Shown here one piece after another: positions 47,328 through 64,000 of a stretch of DNA of 64,000 nt. The stretch's first letter is position 1. Each line of letters begins with the position of its first letter. Made by a program: the position numbers and the translations under genes. Where the stretch lies: the NCBI GenBank assembly GCA_002269645.1, contig NIVC01000288.1, forward strand, positions 62,001-126,000, read 5' to 3'. The DNA is from Macrostomum lignano (Eukaryota). The notes below the pieces were generated by a model. It worked only from the letters and a program-made list of their open reading frames with translations. It searched no databases and was not told the origin of the DNA.

Positions 47328-48430
47328 CGGCGCTAAAATGAGTGCCTGCGGCGCTAAAATGAGTGCCTGCGGCGTTAAAATGAGTGCCTGCGGCGCTAAA
47401 ATGAGTGCCTGCGGCGCTAAAATGAGTACCTGCGGCGCTAAAATGAGTACCTGCGGCGCTAAAATGAGTGCCTGCGGCGCTAAAATGAGTGCCTGCGGCG
47501 CTAAAATGAGTGCCTGCGGCGCTAAAATGAGTGCCTGCGGCGCTAAAATGAGTACCTGCGGCGCTAAAATGAGTGCCTGCGGCGCTAAAATGAGTGCCTG
47601 CGGCGCTAAAATGAGTGCCTGCGGCGCTAAAATGAGTGCCTGCGGCGCTAAAATGAGTACCTGCGGCGCTAAAATGAGTGCCTGCGGCGTTAAAATGAGT
47701 ACCTGCGGCGCTAAAATGAGTACCTGCGGCGCTAAAATGAGTGCCTGCGGCGCTAAAATGAGTACCTGCGGCGCTAAAATGAGTGCCTGCGGTGGTAAAA
47801 TGAGTGCCTGCAGCGCTAAAATGAGTGCCTGCGGCGCTAAAATGAATGCCCGCAGCGCTAAAATGAGTGCCTGCGGCGCTAAAATGAATGCCCGCAGCGC
47901 TAAAATGAGTGTCTGCGGCGCTAAAATGAGTGTCTGCGGCGCTAAAATGAATGCCCGCAGCGCTAAAATGAGTGCCTGCGGCGCTAAAATGAATGCCCGC
48001 AGCGCTAAAATGAGTGCCTGCGGCGCTAAAATGAGTGCCTGCGGCGCTAAAATGAGTGCCTGCGGCGCTAAAATGAGTGCCTGCGGCGCTAAAATGAATG
48101 CCCGCAGCGCTAAAATGAGTGCCTGCGGTGCTAAAATGAATGCCCGCAGCGCTAAAATGAGTGCCCGCAGCGCTAAAATGAGTGCCTGCGGCGCTAAAAT
48201 GAATGCCCGCAGCGCTAAAATGAATGCCCGCAGCGCTAAAATGAGTGCCTGCGGCGCTAAAATGAATGCCCGCAGCGCTAAAATGAATGCCCGCAGCGCT
48301 AAAATGAGTGCCCGCAGCGCTAAAATGAGTGCCTGCGGCGCTAAAATGAATGCCCGCAGCGCTAAAATGAATGCCCGCAGCGCTAAAATGAGTGCCTGCG
48401 GCGCTAAAATGAATGCCTGCGGCGCCAAAA
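47328..48430. repeat. Minisatellite, 21 bp unit TAAAATGAGTGCCTGCGGCGC, ~52 copies
   Basis: Direct periodicity; AATGCCCGCAGC variant concentrated in the right half. Confidence 0.97.
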
Positions 48431-49891
48431 CTTTGTAGTACTCATACTTGTAGAACTATTAGGCAGGACAGTGGATGGTACTTGTAATTTTTATTGAAGT
48501 TACCTTACGCAATACTAATAAGCAGTAGTCTCACCAGTTGTATACCCCCGTGAAAAGTTCTGACTACGCTTCTGCAGGGTATCCAGAAAATGAACTGATT
48601 GGTCTTTCCCTTTGCAATTTTCATTCATTCGGGATATTTACTAAATAAATTGATAGTGCAGTACAGTTGCTCAATGTTTGAATCAGTTGAAAATTCGAGA
48701 ATTTTCAGACTTTTGGCCACTTTCAACACGGAATTGAATATTGGCCTTGAGGTTGGCTCATGTTCTTGAATTCCGTGTGCCTGCGTTGCTTTGCTCAGGC
48801 CAAGACAGAACCCAAGACAGAATTGATTTAATTACATTAGGTACCAGTCCCATAAAGCATTTCACACTGTACCAAAAAGCTCCTCACAATTAGGATAATC
48901 TACTGGTACACAAATGTGCATGAAATCACAATGTAAACAAAAATTTGACATGACACAAAGTTTGATAAAATGAAAAAATAGAATATCAAGATATTATTTT
49001 TGCTATTAAATTTATTATTATTAGTTCTTCCGCAATTTTCAGTTTCCGGGGCAACAGCAAACAAAGCAAACAAAAATTATAAAGAAGCATTGCTCGACAG
49101 TTATAAACCTGATTAAGCGGCCATTGAACAAGAAAAGGATATTTTGTGTTGACGATCGCAGTCTCGAGACCGCACTACTGGCAGTAGGACGACGTATATT
49201 TAACGCGTAAAAGTTATGAGAACTTATTGAATGCCCTTCAAAAAATAATTTAGTAAGAGTTCTTCAAAGCCACTGTTTTTTGAGAATAAAAGTTTTGAAT
49301 TTTTTCTCTTTTGGGACTTTCCAAACGCTAGAAGACCTAGCTTGTATATAGATTGCACAAACACACAAGCAAAGCTAATATAATGTTGAAGAGCAAACAA
49401 ATAAAACTGTCAACATAACCATGTCGCAAGATTTATTAATTGATTGCACGATAACAAATCAGCTGTATTGATTCTGTCAATAGATCTAAAGTATATTATG
49501 AAAGAATGGGAGAGATTCACTAAACAAAAAAACAGGATAATTTTGTGTGTGCTCTTTTGAAAGATTTATTAAAAATACGCCTGCAAAAACACGGATGAAC
49601 AAGAAAAGCCGTAGATTTCAGAAAGCTTTTATTACTAAACAAATTAAATAATAACTGAAAAAATAGCTATAATATGTGACGAGTAAAGATACCAGTAAAT
49701 TTTGCGCGGAAAAACAGCTGGTCCACAAGTGCACTGTAGTAAAACAAAAAGTTATTAAAAAAATTTATCTAACCAAAAAAATTTAAACTACAAACTAACA
49801 AAAGATTTGAATAAACTGTAGGCCTGAATATTGCACAAACTTCTATCACACTTTTCGCTTGAAACCTATTTGAGTCCGGAAACTTGTGTCC

Positions 49892-50420
49892 AGGGACAGA
49901 GTGAAAAGGGAGTGACGGGGGGGACAGAGCGACAAGGGAGTGACGCGGGGACAGAGTGACAAGGGAGTGACGCGGGGACAGAGTGACAAGGGAGTGACGC
50001 GGGGACAGAGTGACAAGGGAGTGACGCGGGGACAGAGTGACAAGGGAGTGACGCGGGGACAGAGTGACAAGGGAGTGATACGGGGACAGAGTGACAAGGG
50101 AGTGACGCGAGGACAGAGTGACAAGGGAGTGATACGGGGACAGAGTGACAAGGGAGTGACGTGGGGACAGAGTGACAAGGGAGTGACGTGGGGACAGAGT
50201 GACAAGGGAGTGACGGGGACAGAGTGACAAGGGAGTGACGGGGACAGAGTGACAAGGGAGTGACGGGGACAGAATGACAAGGGAGTGAGGAGGACAGAGT
50301 GACAAGGGAGTGACGGGGACAGAGTGACAAGGGAGTGACGGGGACAGAGTGACAAGGGAGTGAGGAGGACAGAGTGACAAGGGAGTGACGCGGAGACAGA
50401 GTGACAAGGGAGTGACGGAA
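49892..50420. repeat. Minisatellite, 26-27 bp unit GGGACAGAGTGACAAGGGAGTGACGCG, ~20 copies
   Basis: Direct periodicity. Confidence 0.95.
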
Positions 50421-51158
50421 ACGGAGTGATAATAGAGTGGCGGGGGCAGATTGGAAGTGGGTTAAAATGATCGTAAACAACTGTGGTGCAACACTTTGAC
50501 AACCTCCAAAGTCTCAGAATAAGTTTAACTTTTTGGAACAAACGTTGCTTAGTTGTAAAAATATTTTTTTGAACGGTATAACAAACTTGAAGCTGGCAGC
50601 TGTGAAAGAATAGAAAAATTTTGGAACTTCAGATAACTATATAATAAATAGTATATGTTACTCAAGGATAATAATAACTAAAAGGTTGCATTGTTTCTCA
50701 GAAGTTGAAAATAAAAGCGAAAACAGATATAAAGGCAAATAAGGCAGTAGTACTATTAGTAATAGAAAAGCGTACAAGCTTCGCTTTGCCATATTATTAA
50801 TGGAATAATTTCCTTGTCCACGATGACGAGATTTTACACTTCAGACGCTAAACTGCCTACTGATTATGAAACATTAGTAGCATCAGTGGGACAGCTTGAT
50901 AGAATATTTCGACAGCAGGGCAGAAATTAATCAAACGATAAAAATCTATTAATAAAGACCGTTTACAACAATAAACCAGCTGATAACAAAAAAATGAAAT
51001 CAGGATTAGCGGCAGATCGATAAGCTGGGTTAGCCGGCAGCATGGGACAACTTCAGTAGATAAGGATAGGAAAATGTTGTTTAATAAAATTTGAAGGCTG
51101 GTTTTAGGCTCTAAACGGTGGTTTGCGTTCTGATTATACTTAAATGGTTCCTTGTAAT

Positions 51159-51622
51159 GGAGTGACGCGGGGACAGAGTGACAAGGGAGTGACGTGGGGA
51201 CAGAGTGACAAGGGAGTGACGTGGGGACAGAGTGACAAGGGAGTGACGCGGACAGAGTAATAAGGGAGTGCCGGAGACAGAGTGACAAGGGAGTGACGGG
51301 AAACAGAGTGACAAGGGAGTGACGCGGACAGAGTGATAAGGGAGTGACGCGGGGACGGAGCGACAAGGAAGTGACGCGGGGACAGAGTGACAAGGAAGTG
51401 ACGCGGGGACAGAGTGACAAGGGAGTGACGCGGGGACAGAGTGACAAGGGAGTGACGTGGGGACAGAGTGACAAGGGAGTGACACGGAGACAGAGTGACA
51501 AGAGAGTGACGCGGGGACAGAGTGACAAGGGAGTGACGCGGGGACAGAGTGACAAGGGAGTGACGTGGGGACAGAGTGACAAGGGAGTGACGCGGGGACA
51601 GAGGGACAATGGAGTGACGGGG
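51159..51622. repeat. Second array of the same 26-27 bp unit, ~17 copies
   Basis: Same unit and orientation as 49892-50420. Confidence 0.95.
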
Positions 51623-51832
51623 AGAAAAAATGTTAAAAAGATATTTTGTTTTTTATAAAACATTTAAAGGCCGGTTTTAAGCTTTTAGCGATTGTTTCCG
51701 TGCTGATCTCACTCAAGCCGTCCCTAAATCTTCAGTTGAGGCAAAAAAATAAACAAACAAAGCAAAATAAAAAGACAGAAAGCGACACCGTTTATGCAAT
51801 TGTAAATATGAGCGGTCTGGTATTGTTGCGCA

Positions 51833-63523
<11,691 letters not shown>

Positions 63524-64000
63524 TTAAGATTCATTCTAATTATACACTATAATTATAGACTATAAAGGCAATAGAGTTCTTTTACTTTTTATAGTATCTA
63601 CATACAAAAGTTGATCTTTGAAAGAATTATTAATAGAAAAGATTACTTTCTAAGATAGGAACTAAGTTTTTTAATTTTCTTTAACTAAACAACTATCTAA
63701 ATTATCTATAACTTACATATATCTATATATTAACAGATTAAAGAAAAAAATATACCAAATACAATTCCTTATAACTAAGAATATATAAAATATAATACAC
63801 AAGGTTAAGTAGATATAAATCTAAATTGAAATTAGACAAAAGATTAAAAACCAAATTCAAAATAGTGTTATAATCTTGTTTTAATTTTAATTAAATTTTC
63901 ATTTTTCCATAAAAATTAAAATGCTAGAAAATTATTTATTAATGCTAAGATAATATAAAAAATACTAGGTCTAGTAGATAAAATATTGCAGATTTAATTT

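Noticed and set aside
47313-48438. KMSACGA and APQALIL ORFs (also those at 7.5-8.6, 17.3, 19.3, 21.0, 30.7-31.8, 33.3-34.3 and 49.8-51.7 kb)
   Set aside because: All are translations of minisatellites.
51159-51832. ERK 3' UTR spanning the 27 bp array
   Set aside because: A TATAAA variant signal on - (51657-51652) lies before the array, so inclusion cannot be argued.

Overview
Eukaryotic (metazoan invertebrate) genomic DNA, not prokaryotic. Spliced genes with Q/A/S-rich low-complexity exons and introns swollen by many unrelated 15-42 bp minisatellites (about 20 kb, a third of the window, by my estimate) suggest a free-living flatworm such as Macrostomum (inference). I assembled four genes exon by exon with matching GT-AG sites and phases: (1) a KIF26/kinesin-11 on + (3195-16639, probably extending upstream); (2) a Bicaudal-C (KH+SAM) on - (27116-21451); (3) an AGO-clade Argonaute on - (42962-34402, 1085 aa) with an RG/polyQ N-terminus and intact DEDH slicer tetrad; (4) an ERK1/2 MAPK on - (first exon beyond the window, stop at 51833). 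Mobile DNA: three copies of a tRNA-derived SINE, a hAT-type MITE, a second MITE, a foldback-like TIR element, and a 5'-truncated RNase H-bearing non-LTR retrotransposon with a 10 bp TSD. Nearly all very long ORFs in the ORF track are tandem-repeat artefacts. I see no clearly new multi-gene system. The most interesting unexplained signals are a CCAAT/GC-box cassette plus an in-frame exon-like segment in Argonaute intron 3 (possible MID-PIWI-only isoform), a foldback element in Argonaute intron 4, an inverted minisatellite block inside a LINE, about 180 sense AATAAA hexamers in an ERK intron, and a TTTTRGCGC core shared by unrelated arrays.
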